Positions 1 through 10,006 of a DNA stretch of 53,537 bases are shown in pieces; position 1 is the stretch's first letter; each line of letters begins with the position of its first letter. The translations under genes and the position numbers were made by a program. The notes beneath the pieces were generated by a model. It was not told where the DNA came from. It worked only from the letters and a program-made list of their open reading frames with translations, and searched no databases. Origin of the DNA: Bacteriovoracaceae bacterium (GTDB taxonomy: Bacteria; Bdellovibrionota; UBA1018); NCBI GenBank assembly GCA_947463705.1, contig CANHSO010000001.1, forward strand, positions 1 to 53,537. The letters are read 5' to 3'.

Positions 1-86
1 TGAATGCCTATAACATCACCGGCGACGATCATTATATCTACATCAGCGACCAGGGCTCCAACCGTATCGTCCGTTTACCCAAGTAG
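1..86 (+). CDS. 3' end of an upstream CDS (NHL/beta-propeller-like repeat C-terminus), partial
   Basis: The frame is open from the window edge (..NAYNITGDDHYIYISDQGSNRIVRLPK*) and stops at TAG 84-86. The YISDxGNxRIVRL pattern resembles an NHL repeat. Confidence 0.4.
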   Translation, partial: NAYNITGDDHYIYISDQGSNRIVRLPK

Positions 87-94
87 GAGGGCAG

Positions 95-3000
95 ATGATC
101 CCAAGATCGAACCCACCTCAATTTGTAACCTCCGCCCTGACTGGCTTCATCACGTTGTGTCTGAGTGGATGCTATGTAGGCGGAGGGGTGACAAACACAC
201 CGAGCCCCTGGCTCGGGGCACCGAAGTTGGTGACTCCTGTGGTGCAGCCGTATTACTCCAACGGTGACGATCTTGAAATTTCAGGGATGTGCGCTAATGA
301 TCACACCATTGTTCTAGCTGGAGATGCGAGCCTATCTCAGACGTGCACTCACTCCACGTTCGAGTTTAGGGTCCACAAGACGGTAGATCGAACTTATGCA
401 TTTAATATTCATCAGATCAATCCCAATCAAGATCTTTCGCCATCGATTTTGGTCCTTTGGGAAAGAAAAACGAGCATTGCAGCTCCATCCATTTTAGTGC
501 CTGCGACACAGCCTTACTTTTCAGATGAGTCGAGTTTAACGATTTCAGGCAGGTGCGAAGCAGGGGCACGAGTGCAGCTCTCAGGCACGCCTCCCACGGT
601 TCAAACGTGCGACACGCAATCTCATTTTGAGTTTACAGTTTCACAGTCAGCTCCCGGTGATTATTCGTTTAACGTGACTCAAACCGATTTGGCTGGCAAT
701 ACGGCCCAAAGCTCATTCACTTGGACCAAGGCGACTCTCAGCGTATCGCCCAGTTCGGTCACCCTTGTGGCTGGAAATTCACAGGTTTTCACTGCGAGGG
801 GAGGGGCAAATTCCTACACCTGGAGCCTGGGATCGAACCCGTCTGGCGGGAGTGGGGAAGCAGCAGGCCAACTCAATTATCAGTATACTTATACAGCGGG
901 GACGCTCGCTTCTCCCTCTCCGATCCCCGATGTGATTGAACTCAGGGACACGAAGGGGTCGGTCCTCTCGATTCCGGTTTTAGTGCGCGCTGCAGCAGCA
1001 GATCATTTAATTCAAGTCTCCAGCAGTCCTTCGCCTCAGCCCGTAGGTAGCCTCTTAACCCCAGCCCCTCAGGTGCGCGTCGTGGATCGCTACGGCAACG
1101 GGGTGGAGGGGATCCCCCTTCTCTTCAGCATTCCCCGCGGTGACGCTCAACTGATCAGTGCGGCAACCCAACTCTCGGACGGCTCAGGCTACGCACAGGT
1201 TAACGTCAGACTAGGGCAATCCGCCACCTCGAGCAAACTTTTGGTGCGGCGACTCGGTGGCGATTTACCCGCTCTAGCCACTGGCAGTAAAAAATCCATC
1301 GAGCTCACGCTCCAGAGTAGCGCTTCAAATAGCGGAGCATTCGGCGCGGTGTTTAAATTACTGATATCACCGACTCAACTGATATCACCGACTCAATGGA
1401 TCTTTGCCGACCTCCAGGGAAGCGGGCATGCCGATGATTTGATCGTCGGATACTTAGGGGGCTTTACAGCTTTACTGAATCATTCACATGGGATTTATCA
1501 GAGTAATCCGACAGGACAGCCGTTCCCTTGCTCTTGGCTCTATTCATTTAGAGATAAGATTATGGGGACTGGCTCATTGACGGCCTCTCCAGACCAGAAT
1601 GATCTCGTAATTACTGATCCAAACTCAGGCCAAGTCTGGCTTGCTGGGCACCAAACCCCAACCCCACCCGAGGTCTGTCCATTTGCAACGCCCTCACCGA
1701 TTTACTCACCCTCTGGAGGGACCCCGTCTTTCTCTGGGGTCGTTGGGGTCACGCCCTCGGTGCTCAAGTCGCCAGGTCCATCCGCTGGTCAAGATATCTT
1801 GTTACTCAGCAGTGACGGCGATGCCAGCCCTGGCACCTTAAGAGTACTTCATCAAGATTCGGGGTCATCAGACTGGTCGCTGAATCAGACGATCCCAGTC
1901 GGAAACAATCCCAGTCACTTCAGCGTAGGAGACATCAATGGGGATGGATTGCAGGATGTTCTGGTATCAAACGTCGGTGACTCCAGCGTGAGCGTGTTAC
2001 GACTCAATGCGGAAAATGGCAACCTTGAGCTTGATCCAGATATCCCTCCCCCCTCGGTTGATTTCTCCGATCTCGTTGGGATTGCTCTGGGTAATTGGTT
2101 TGGCTTACCCCCACTCGACCTAGCTATGACCAGCTTTTCTGCAGGCCAAATTCTAGTTTATCCGGGTCAAGGCACTGATGAATTTGGGACAAACCACTCA
2201 ACTCTTTCATTAGGAGCCAATGCCATTCGGATTGCTCAACTCGACGCTAACCACGATGGTCAGCATGACTTGCTCGCCATGAGAGACGATCATTCCATCG
2301 AGTGGATCCCTGGACGCGGGGGCGGAAAGTTTGGCTTCAAGAATCAACTCGACTCTGGGGCTCAAATCATTGCGGCCGTCCCTGCCTATCTGGGAGCCGA
2401 AGGTCGGTTGGATGTGATTTTGGGGAGCACCGGATCGGGAACGAGTTCGCTTCAAGTCCTCAGAAATTTGGGGGATGGGATTTTTGCGTCACCCTCTCCA
2501 CTCGGACTCGGAGGAGGCACTCTCAAGGCGATCGCGGTGGCTGATTTTAATCAGGATTCTAAAACAGATAGTGCTGTTGCATTAACGAGCGGACCTAACG
2601 GTGTTTTAAGCATTATTTCCGGCCAAGGGGACGGAACTTTTAGTCCTACACCCCTGGCCAGCTTTACAATCTCGAACGCAAGTCAGATTTCTTCCATCGT
2701 CGTTGGGGATTTTAATCAAGATGGATACCCAGACTTAGCGATTGCAGACCAAGCCTCTGAGCAGATTTATATCCATCTTAATTCGACTTCAGGAGGTGTG
2801 ACGTCATTTGTTCCGAGTTCAATCTCATCTTATTCGACCGCTGGAGATCCAGGCTCATTGGTGGTCACCGATTTAAATGGGGATTTGATATCGGATTTGC
2901 TGTTTTTTGAGTCCTCTGAGGACGATGATGGGAACTTGAGAGGTGGCGTTGGGGTTTTAATTGGCCAAGGCGACGGAACTTTTCAGACTCTCGTCCACAA

Positions 3001-3487
3001 TTGGGCAAGTGAAAACACGCCAGTGGGGATCGTTGCAGGGGACATGAGTGGCGACGGTCAAACGGATGTGGCGCTTCTCGAACAGGATGGAGATCAAAAC
3101 TGCCAAGTCAGGCTTTTAAGAGGGAACGGCTCTGCGAGCTTAGTTTCTACCCCTCAAGGTCCGTGGCCAGCTGGTGTGTCGTGCACATCGATGAAGCTCG
3201 CTGACTTAAATGGGGATCACCTGGCCGATTTAATTGTGACCAATGGATTTGATCCATTTGCTGAAAATGCTCCCGGTTCTTACACGATTCTACAGGGAGA
3301 CCGGAGCCCGGCTGGATACGTTAATGCTCCGAAGATTTTTTCTCCTTCCATCTCCATCACTCTGCCAAACCGGGATTCAACTCAATTCGATCTGGTTTTG
3401 GTCGGCGATTACAATCAAGATGGTGCAAGCGATTTGCTGATGATCGATAAGGCCAACCGGAGTATGGAAGTGTTTCCGGGACAGTAA
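95..3487 (+). CDS. Large surface lipoprotein with bacterial Ig-like (Big_1/Big_2-type) domains and multiple FG-GAP/VCBS repeats
   Basis: 1130-aa ORF with GGAGG 86-90 upstream of the ATG. It has a lipobox-like N-terminus (LTGFITLCLSGC). An invasin-type Ig segment reads PQVRVVDRYGNGVEGIPLLFS. At least 7 FG-GAP motifs are visible (VGDINGDGLQDVLV, VGDFNQDGYPDLAI, LADLNGDHLADLIV, VGDYNQDGASDLLM and others). Confidence 0.85.
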   Translation: MIPRSNPPQFVTSALTGFITLCLSGCYVGGGVTNTPSPWLGAPKLVTPVVQPYYSNGDDLEISGMCANDHTIVLAGDASLSQTCTHSTFEFRVHKTVDRTYAFNIHQINPNQDLSPSILVLWERKTSIAAPSILVPATQPYFSDESSLTISGRCEAGARVQLSGTPPTVQTCDTQSHFEFTVSQSAPGDYSFNVTQTDLAGNTAQSSFTWTKATLSVSPSSVTLVAGNSQVFTARGGANSYTWSLGSNPSGGSGEAAGQLNYQYTYTAGTLASPSPIPDVIELRDTKGSVLSIPVLVRAAAADHLIQVSSSPSPQPVGSLLTPAPQVRVVDRYGNGVEGIPLLFSIPRGDAQLISAATQLSDGSGYAQVNVRLGQSATSSKLLVRRLGGDLPALATGSKKSIELTLQSSASNSGAFGAVFKLLISPTQLISPTQWIFADLQGSGHADDLIVGYLGGFTALLNHSHGIYQSNPTGQPFPCSWLYSFRDKIMGTGSLTASPDQNDLVITDPNSGQVWLAGHQTPTPPEVCPFATPSPIYSPSGGTPSFSGVVGVTPSVLKSPGPSAGQDILLLSSDGDASPGTLRVLHQDSGSSDWSLNQTIPVGNNPSHFSVGDINGDGLQDVLVSNVGDSSVSVLRLNAENGNLELDPDIPPPSVDFSDLVGIALGNWFGLPPLDLAMTSFSAGQILVYPGQGTDEFGTNHSTLSLGANAIRIAQLDANHDGQHDLLAMRDDHSIEWIPGRGGGKFGFKNQLDSGAQIIAAVPAYLGAEGRLDVILGSTGSGTSSLQVLRNLGDGIFASPSPLGLGGGTLKAIAVADFNQDSKTDSAVALTSGPNGVLSIISGQGDGTFSPTPLASFTISNASQISSIVVGDFNQDGYPDLAIADQASEQIYIHLNSTSGGVTSFVPSSISSYSTAGDPGSLVVTDLNGDLISDLLFFESSEDDDGNLRGGVGVLIGQGDGTFQTLVHNWASENTPVGIVAGDMSGDGQTDVALLEQDGDQNCQVRLLRGNGSASLVSTPQGPWPAGVSCTSMKLADLNGDHLADLIVTNGFDPFAENAPGSYTILQGDRSPAGYVNAPKIFSPSISITLPNRDSTQFDLVLVGDYNQDGASDLLMIDKANRSMEVFPGQ

Positions 3488-3500
3488 AACCAATCAACGG

Positions 3501-4139
3501 CTACCAGATGCGCGTATAGATCCCAACGCCAATTAAATAAGATCCCAGACTGGGGGATGTCACGGACTGGGAGACCGTCACCTCAGGCCGAAGACCAAAG
3601 CCCCGACTCATGGAAAAATCAACGCCAGCACTGAAGCCCAGCATCAGGCCATCTCCTTGAACAAGCGGGAAAAGATCTCCCTCTCGAGTGATCGAGGCGA
3701 CTCCATAACCGGCGCTTAAGCCTACAAAAGGGGACCAACCACTCAGGGTGAGCCTCAGCTCTGGGTGGTCTGATTTGCTCACCATGGGAGGAGGACCTAA
3801 AAAATACCACCTCGCCCCAAGATCCGTTTGAGAAAACCCAGAAGTGACCGGTGACGGACGAAATGTTCTCAAGTGATCGATAAAAATCATCCAGCGATCG
3901 TCGACCACGATATCGACAAAAATCGACGCCGCGCCGGGTCCTTCACTGCGAGAAACCGAAATGGGTCGAGCAATCGCGATCGGCGCGAGTTGGGTGGTCA
4001 CCCCACCCGAGCCCACTCCAACGGATGCGCCCAAATTCAACTCAAGTGCAAATGCAGAAGGCGATGCTCCCAAAACAAGGAGACCGGCTAGAAGTTGAAG
4101 TAAGCAGGGGATGATGCGGCCTCTCTGATTAAGACGCAT
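3501..4139 (-). CDS. Outer-membrane beta-barrel protein (porin-family-like)
   Basis: The track ORF is 3501..4223. I prefer the start at ATG 4139 (MRLNQRG..LLVLGASPSAFA signal peptide). The sequence has alternating hydrophobic beta-strand character and ends in an aromatic residue (..YTRIW). It overlaps the upstream gene's stop by 11 nt, which suggests an operon. Confidence 0.6.
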   Translation of the reverse strand: MRLNQRGRIIPCLLQLLAGLLVLGASPSAFALELNLGASVGVGSGGVTTQLAPIAIARPISVSRSEGPGAASIFVDIVVDDRWMIFIDHLRTFRPSPVTSGFSQTDLGARWYFLGPPPMVSKSDHPELRLTLSGWSPFVGLSAGYGVASITREGDLFPLVQGDGLMLGFSAGVDFSMSRGFGLRPEVTVSQSVTSPSLGSYLIGVGIYTRIW

Positions 4140-6024
4140 TTTGCTCGAAGTCTCCCGAATCAGGCACGCCGGATGTGAGTGTCTCACTCTCATCTGTTTC
4201 TTGAAAGACCTGTTCAAAATCAATGGCCTTTTGTTGAATCATCGCCTCAAGCCGTTTCAAAAATTGAGTCATGAGTCGATTTTTCTCGAGAGCGTTCGTT
4301 CGATCTGTTCTCGAGAGTTCATCATTCACCACCTCGGCGGTCATTTGCGGAGCAAGCCCAAGGATCCGATCTTTGAGTTCAGGGCGCAGCCTGAGGTAGA
4401 CGGTCAGCTCATCCAGATTGGCGCGAGAAATGAACAGAGAAAGGGGCTGGTCCTTCCAAGAATCCAAAAATGAAAGGGAAGGGGCTTTACGCTTAAACTG
4501 CTCCAACGCTTCGCCCGAAAGACCAACAAAGAGAACCACTTCCTCAACGGGAGTGAGGGCCTCACGAAGTCGCTCGAGTCCCATCTCGAGGGAGATGGCG
4601 CCCGAGCCACGCCCTCCTTGCATTTGGCTTTTAATCTTCAGATCCGACGATCGAAGTTCATCCAAGGGCACTTCGCTCATCTGAGCGGCCGAGTGAACTA
4701 GGGCCCGCTTCTGATCTAGAGTGAGCGATTTGAGATACGAGGCTCTTAAGTCTTTCGGCATATAAAGGGAGACGAGAGTCTGCAGTTTTGGATTTTGTTC
4801 GATGAGAACACTTTTCACCATTCTGAGATTCATCGCGCCTAAGTATCCAAATGGGCGGTCGAGCGCAGTTGGGCCTAGGTTAATCAGAGACAAAAGATCC
4901 CAGTAGATCTTTTTGAGGAGGGCCTCTCGCTCCTCCAGTTTCACATCAGGCATTCGGGCAAAAACCTCAGTCAGATCTTGGAGGGCATCAGCAGGGATCG
5001 GGAGTCTCCCCATTTCCTTACCCACAGCCTCAGCATAAAGAGCTACCTTGAGTTTACCTTCTTCACCCGCTGCGTACCACGAGCGTAAGATGGGTTCGCT
5101 CACCTTCCAGTGTTTGACGGCAAGATCGTTAATGCGTCGCTCGAGACTGAGAACTTCAGATTGAAGCTGTAGGCGTTGATCCGACTCAGCGGAGCCTAAC
5201 TTTTCATCTTCCGTTTCAACTCTGTTTTGACTGCCACCCGGATTCAGTCCGCCAGAGGAATCTAAAACTCGGAGTTCCTGCGCCTTTTCAGCCGTACCCG
5301 TTGAGGTTGACCGAGAGGCAAGAAGTTTCCAAATCAAAACTCCTAGAATCATCGCGCAGGCAATCAGAAATTGCCCAATGAGGTCTTGAAAGTCGGCAAT
5401 TCGATCTAGAAGCGTCTTAGGCTCAGCAGGAGGAGCAGGGACTGGAGAGGGGGACTGGATGAATGAAACGATCCCCTCACCCATTTTGCCGACCTCGCTC
5501 GTGAGGCGGCGCTTGAGCCAATCCTCAGTCTTTGCCTTGACGTCAGGGGCAAGGGTACGCTTCAGTCCAACGGCTACTGCAATTTTTTTTAGTCGATAGG
5601 ATTTTAGAAATGCTCGAAATTGATCGGGATCTTTCTGCTCGGCTGCATACCTTTTTATTTCCTGATCCAGGTTGAGATTGCCAATCAAAAGATCCAAAGG
5701 GAGTTGAGGGCTGGGTTTTGGCTCCGACTGAAAGTCAGCAGAAACCTCGCCCAAGTCGAGATGAGCCGATAAAGTGAATGAATCACGATCGATTTGAGTG
5801 GCTAGTTCTTGGGTCAGTCTCCGGACTACCAGATCTTCCAGAATGACCTTTGCTCCAAGACTTTCTGGGGTGAGCAAATTGATAGAGCTCAAATCAGATT
5901 TCTTTACTGAGATGCCGCTCTTTTTTGTCACTGATTTTTTTGGGGCTGCGCTCACAGGTTGAACGACTAATCCGACCGAGAGGGCGAGAAGTATTCCAAA
6001 AATGATCCTATGAATGGAGCTCAA
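4129..6024 (-). CDS. Bitopic membrane protein of unknown function with a coiled coil and C-terminal helical repeats (tentatively FliG/MgtE-N-like)
   Basis: 631-aa ORF with an N-terminal signal/TM segment (IIFGILLALSVGLVVQPVSA) and a second TM segment (FLIACAMILGVLIWKLL). A coiled-coil segment is followed by two repeats of the LDELxxxDLxxxL helical type. It overlaps the upstream gene by 4 nt. Confidence 0.6.
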   Translation of the reverse strand: MSSIHRIIFGILLALSVGLVVQPVSAAPKKSVTKKSGISVKKSDLSSINLLTPESLGAKVILEDLVVRRLTQELATQIDRDSFTLSAHLDLGEVSADFQSEPKPSPQLPLDLLIGNLNLDQEIKRYAAEQKDPDQFRAFLKSYRLKKIAVAVGLKRTLAPDVKAKTEDWLKRRLTSEVGKMGEGIVSFIQSPSPVPAPPAEPKTLLDRIADFQDLIGQFLIACAMILGVLIWKLLASRSTSTGTAEKAQELRVLDSSGGLNPGGSQNRVETEDEKLGSAESDQRLQLQSEVLSLERRINDLAVKHWKVSEPILRSWYAAGEEGKLKVALYAEAVGKEMGRLPIPADALQDLTEVFARMPDVKLEEREALLKKIYWDLLSLINLGPTALDRPFGYLGAMNLRMVKSVLIEQNPKLQTLVSLYMPKDLRASYLKSLTLDQKRALVHSAAQMSEVPLDELRSSDLKIKSQMQGGRGSGAISLEMGLERLREALTPVEEVVLFVGLSGEALEQFKRKAPSLSFLDSWKDQPLSLFISRANLDELTVYLRLRPELKDRILGLAPQMTAEVVNDELSRTDRTNALEKNRLMTQFLKRLEAMIQQKAIDFEQVFQETDESETLTSGVPDSGDFEQNAS

Positions 6025-6638
6025 GATTTGCCACCTTTCACAGATTTTTGTTCCTTGATCTGTTTGATCATTTTGATGGCATCATCTAAATTGGGATCAG
6101 CACCTAGGGCCTTTTCATACCATTTTAAGCTCTCATCGAAATTTTTTTGAAGATAGTAGATCGATGCCCGCATCGAAAGGGCTCTTGGAAAATCTGGAAA
6201 CTCATGAAGGACCTGGTCGAGCTGAATCTGAGCTCGTTCGTGTTCGCCGCTCAGAGCTAATCGTTGCGCAAGGAAAATATGATCGAGAGCTTCCTTCGCT
6301 GTTCGGGCCTCTTTCTCAACTGGAGTCGATTTAAGATTCACTTCAAGCTCAGTCACCATGACGCCAGTCCTTGAAGCAGGCACAAAGATACTCTCCGAAT
6401 GGTAGCCCGATTTTTCAATGGAGAGCGTCAAGTAATCTCCCATTTTGAGGGGCTCACTGAGTTTCTCCTTCACGTCAGACATGGGGACATCCAAGGGTGT
6501 TTTTCCCAACGGCTTTTTTTCCCCACTTTTGAGATTCACGACGTAGACGTCTGCATCCAAAGGATCGCATTTGACTCTAAGAACTGAAGAGCAACCAGAC
6601 AGTGCGACCAGAAAAATTGGAATTAGAAGCTTTTTCAT
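6021..6638 (-). CDS. Lipoprotein with a PEGA-like N-terminal domain and C-terminal TPR repeats
   Basis: 205 aa with a lipobox (FLVALSGC). VKCDPLDADVYVVN..GKTPL resembles a PEGA domain. The C-terminus (SIYYLQKNFDESLKWYEKALGADPN) is a TPR motif. Confidence 0.6.
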   Translation of the reverse strand: MKKLLIPIFLVALSGCSSVLRVKCDPLDADVYVVNLKSGEKKPLGKTPLDVPMSDVKEKLSEPLKMGDYLTLSIEKSGYHSESIFVPASRTGVMVTELEVNLKSTPVEKEARTAKEALDHIFLAQRLALSGEHERAQIQLDQVLHEFPDFPRALSMRASIYYLQKNFDESLKWYEKALGADPNLDDAIKMIKQIKEQKSVKGGKS

Positions 6639-6671
6639 TCTAACTCCCTATCGAAACAAACCTAAAACTTC

Positions 6672-7364
6672 TTAATGAGATTTTTGAGGGTCCTGATTCG
6701 GGACATAATAAAGAGTAAAACCAGCGTAGATCCGATTTGGGTCTCGAATCAGCTCAGGGTTATTATGCCAAATCCCTGACCAGCGAGCTGGGGTGCCATA
6801 GACCCGGCGCGAAATCTTGCTCAGCGTATCCCGGAGGTGAATCAGATAGGGGAGGCCATTTTGACTGACCTCGGCAAACGCTGAAACGGGCAGCTGCAGC
6901 GACACTCCCACGGACAAGCCATGGGCACCCTGAATGACAGAACGATTGAGTTCGTAAACTTCTTTCCACCGCAGAGGATCGGCTAGGGCTTTGAATGCGA
7001 CTTTCATCAAAGTATCACCCCTTTTGACCTCATAACGCATGGAGCCAGACGATGAGGGCTTTCGCGTCGAAGTGACGGGAGTTGGGGCAGAATTCGAACG
7101 TTTGGCCTTTTGACCGGATGCTGGGCTGGTTGGGGGCGGGGCAGTTTTATTCTCCTGGATGAGTTGAGAAACATGACTCACTGCTTCCACTTCTTCGGCC
7201 TCGACCAAACCATCTGATTTGACTTGTGCCATCAGTGTCGAATTATCAGTCTCCGCATCACGACTCGAGGTCGTCGGTCGAATCGATGAACACCCCTGGA
7301 AGGTGCTCAACCAGAGGGTGATAGCCACCCCGCAGATTATCGTACAATACCAATAAGTCCTCAC
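6672..7364 (-). CDS. Lipoprotein with two LysM domains (peptidoglycan binding)
   Basis: 230 aa with a signal/lipobox (LSTFQGC) and a low-complexity linker. Two LysM-like segments are present (YEVKRGDTLMKVAFKAL..W and YLIHLRDTLSKISRRVYG..PNRIYAGFTLYY). Confidence 0.7.
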   Translation of the reverse strand: MRTYWYCTIICGVAITLWLSTFQGCSSIRPTTSSRDAETDNSTLMAQVKSDGLVEAEEVEAVSHVSQLIQENKTAPPPTSPASGQKAKRSNSAPTPVTSTRKPSSSGSMRYEVKRGDTLMKVAFKALADPLRWKEVYELNRSVIQGAHGLSVGVSLQLPVSAFAEVSQNGLPYLIHLRDTLSKISRRVYGTPARWSGIWHNNPELIRDPNRIYAGFTLYYVPNQDPQKSH

Positions 7365-7505
7365 AGTTGCTCCTTAGGTCCTGAAATCCTGCTTAATAGC
7401 TGACAAGACCAATTTGATCAACTTATCGGCAAGTTCGAAACAAAATAAACAAAAATCTGCAATTAATCCGATGACCCAAAATTAAATTAAGTTTATGTTT
7501 AAAAT

Positions 7506-8828
7506 ATGAAGCAGATGGGCTTAGGAGAAAAAAAATGGTTTATTCTACGGGATGACACCCAAGAAGGCCCCCTCAGTTCTGATGACATTCTAAAAAACAT
7601 GGGAGATGGAACTCTTCTCCCCTCGGATTACGCCTGGCATCAGGAAATGGAAAACTGGGTGCAGATCGAATCCATCAAAAACTTTGACCTTTCTCCTGCC
7701 CGAGCGAACTTCCCTAGATCCTTCTCACAGCCCAAGGTCATGCGCCCAGATTCGCCCCGTCCCCAGCTGAGCGACCTTCCCGAGCAAGCTCGTCGAGTCA
7801 AAGCCATTCGAAGGAAGGCCAGATTAAAAAGCGCCCTGGGAGTGATTAGCATTCTCACTTGGGCTGCATTACTGAGTTGGGAGGCCTATCATCATACCGA
7901 TGGCAATCAGCGACGCACTGCAATTGAGCAGGCCGAGGGATTGAGTCCATCCGACCGAGAGACTCTACTGAATCAGTCTCTCCAACCTTTGAGGGAGCAC
8001 CCTCCCTCCGCAGCGATTGCAATTCTTCACCCTGAAAGCCTGGGTTTTGAAATCCTCATCAGCAGCAATCTCCCTGACCATGCCACACTAGAACTCCAAT
8101 TAGAGGGGGTGCAAGAAACCTTACTCGGGGCTCCGTTTTTCTCACAACGGACTTCTATTTCATTTCAAAAGGGTCTAGCCAAAGTCCGCGTCCATCAGCT
8201 TGCTCAAAGCGGATCCATTCCCCGTGGAGAGTACAGAATTCAAGTTTCACTTCCCAATACGAAGCAACCTCTCGCACTGATGCAACCCGCGAAAACTTAC
8301 TTTCTGGGGGGCGTCAGAAACCAGGACTATCTCAATGAGCTAGCAGTCTATCGAAACAGCCTTAAGGCCCAGGCACAAGCTGAGCTCGTTGAGTTAAATG
8401 AATTTTGCTCCGTCCTTGAGGACCAACTGAAACAAACCTCTGACGAGTTTGGAAGGGTTTTACTCCCCCTAAAGTCTGGGGATGAAAAACCACTCAAGCA
8501 TTGGAGCAAATTCCACAAAGATTGGATTGCCTTTGCGACTCGGCTCGAGCCCTCATTTCAAAAATGGACAGCTGATTGGCTCAAGTCGCATGCTCTCTTT
8601 GGAAAACTCTATCACCTCGCAGCTGAAGCCGGAAAAACGGTGTCGAGTATCCATGAAATGCAGGACCATTACCTCAATTTACCATCCACTCACCCTGATA
8701 CCGAGCTCAGAATTCTAAAAAGCGCCTCCTTGGCTCAAAGCATGCTCCTCTCGCTCAAAGTCAAAATCCAGTTAGCTGAACAGCTACCCAAGGGCTCCGA
8801 TGGGGTGCCAAACGCCCCCAGCCTCTAA
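7506..8828 (+). CDS. GYF_2 (DUF4339) domain membrane protein
   Basis: 440 aa. The N-terminus (WFILRDDTQEGPLSSDDILKNMGDGTLLPSDYAWHQEMENWVQIESI) matches the bacterial GYF_2 pattern. One TM segment is visible (ALGVISILTWAALLSW), followed by a domain of about 300 aa. Confidence 0.7.
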   Translation: MKQMGLGEKKWFILRDDTQEGPLSSDDILKNMGDGTLLPSDYAWHQEMENWVQIESIKNFDLSPARANFPRSFSQPKVMRPDSPRPQLSDLPEQARRVKAIRRKARLKSALGVISILTWAALLSWEAYHHTDGNQRRTAIEQAEGLSPSDRETLLNQSLQPLREHPPSAAIAILHPESLGFEILISSNLPDHATLELQLEGVQETLLGAPFFSQRTSISFQKGLAKVRVHQLAQSGSIPRGEYRIQVSLPNTKQPLALMQPAKTYFLGGVRNQDYLNELAVYRNSLKAQAQAELVELNEFCSVLEDQLKQTSDEFGRVLLPLKSGDEKPLKHWSKFHKDWIAFATRLEPSFQKWTADWLKSHALFGKLYHLAAEAGKTVSSIHEMQDHYLNLPSTHPDTELRILKSASLAQSMLLSLKVKIQLAEQLPKGSDGVPNAPSL

Positions 8829-9940
8829 AAACGGTAACCTAATCGAAGGTCAAAGAGCCGGGCTTGAAGGAGTGTGTTTTGAGTAGGATTAACTTTAACG
8901 TCTGAGATCGATGCTTCTAGATCCAGCGCGTGATTTCTGGCAGTTGGAATTCGGCCCCCGAGACTGAGGTTTACACCATACTGATCAAAGCCGAATACTG
9001 ACTTTGAAAGAGGTTGAAACCTTGCGGCTGCGATGAGAGCTAGATCCTGTTTTATAGAGAAAATCGTTGAGATGCCAAGTTCGGGAGTGAGCAAATTGGC
9101 GAAACCAAAAGGGGCCCCGTTGGAGAGCATCGTGAGATAGCTTGCGCCTAAAGTGAGTCTAATTTTGGATGAGTTCATGGATTCAGGCAGCAGGCGATAG
9201 GTCGCCGCCAGTTTCGCACCAATGATCTGAGGGCCCGCTTGGATGGGTTGTGAATTCAATGTAAGAACTGTGGAGAGGAGCTGAAAATCGAGACCCAAGG
9301 CAGATTCCCAACTCGGGGTTGCATAATCGATCCTGACTACGCCTGTGGTGGAGCGAAAGTCTCCATAGCTGGACTGATGAAAGAAAAGACTCGCGATTCC
9401 TACCGATATTCGAGCTGTACCCCAGGAGTTGGGGCGAATCGTCTCGAGAGAAATCGGGTTCAGAATCATAATTCTCTCTTGCTCAATGGTGCCGCTAGCA
9501 CCCTTGGCAATCAAGGTGAGTTGGTTGGTGGTCGAGGTAAGATGAACAGTGACTCGAAATTCACTTGGGTCATCGAGTTTTCCCAAGATTGACTCCCCAT
9601 GGAAATAAAGGCTCCAGCCTGGCCGCGAGTAATGTCCTCGAACTTCAATCACTGACTGAGAAGGATTGCCGGGAGTTGTAATCAGTACTACAGGAATATG
9701 ATTCTCAGAAAAACTCAAGTATTTGATTTGCTTACTGAGTGTCGTGGGTCTCACAATTTCTGCAGACCACTTGGCCTTAGCGATCCTGAGTGTAGTGGGT
9801 GCAGGTGAGCTGGGAGCCATGGGTACAGAGTCGGCCTCAGTCCGGACCGGGAAAAGTGATAAGAAAAGAATAAACAGAACCAGAAAAGCGAACGGAATAA
9901 ATGGATACCAGCAATATCTCAGGCGCTTCATGTGGGGCAC
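8825..9940 (-). CDS. Putative outer-membrane beta-barrel protein
   Basis: 371 aa with an N-terminal hydrophobic signal. The C-terminal half has beta-strand-rich alternating patterns and ends ..LRLGYRF, with the terminal Phe typical of outer-membrane proteins. Confidence 0.55.
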   Translation of the reverse strand: MPHMKRLRYCWYPFIPFAFLVLFILFLSLFPVRTEADSVPMAPSSPAPTTLRIAKAKWSAEIVRPTTLSKQIKYLSFSENHIPVVLITTPGNPSQSVIEVRGHYSRPGWSLYFHGESILGKLDDPSEFRVTVHLTSTTNQLTLIAKGASGTIEQERIMILNPISLETIRPNSWGTARISVGIASLFFHQSSYGDFRSTTGVVRIDYATPSWESALGLDFQLLSTVLTLNSQPIQAGPQIIGAKLAATYRLLPESMNSSKIRLTLGASYLTMLSNGAPFGFANLLTPELGISTIFSIKQDLALIAAARFQPLSKSVFGFDQYGVNLSLGGRIPTARNHALDLEASISDVKVNPTQNTLLQARLFDLRLGYRF

Positions 9941-10006
9941 TCAATCATTTTAATCGGGTGCGCGAGGAGCTGCAATAAGAAGTGTGCTAACGCTCTGCAG
10001 TAAATT

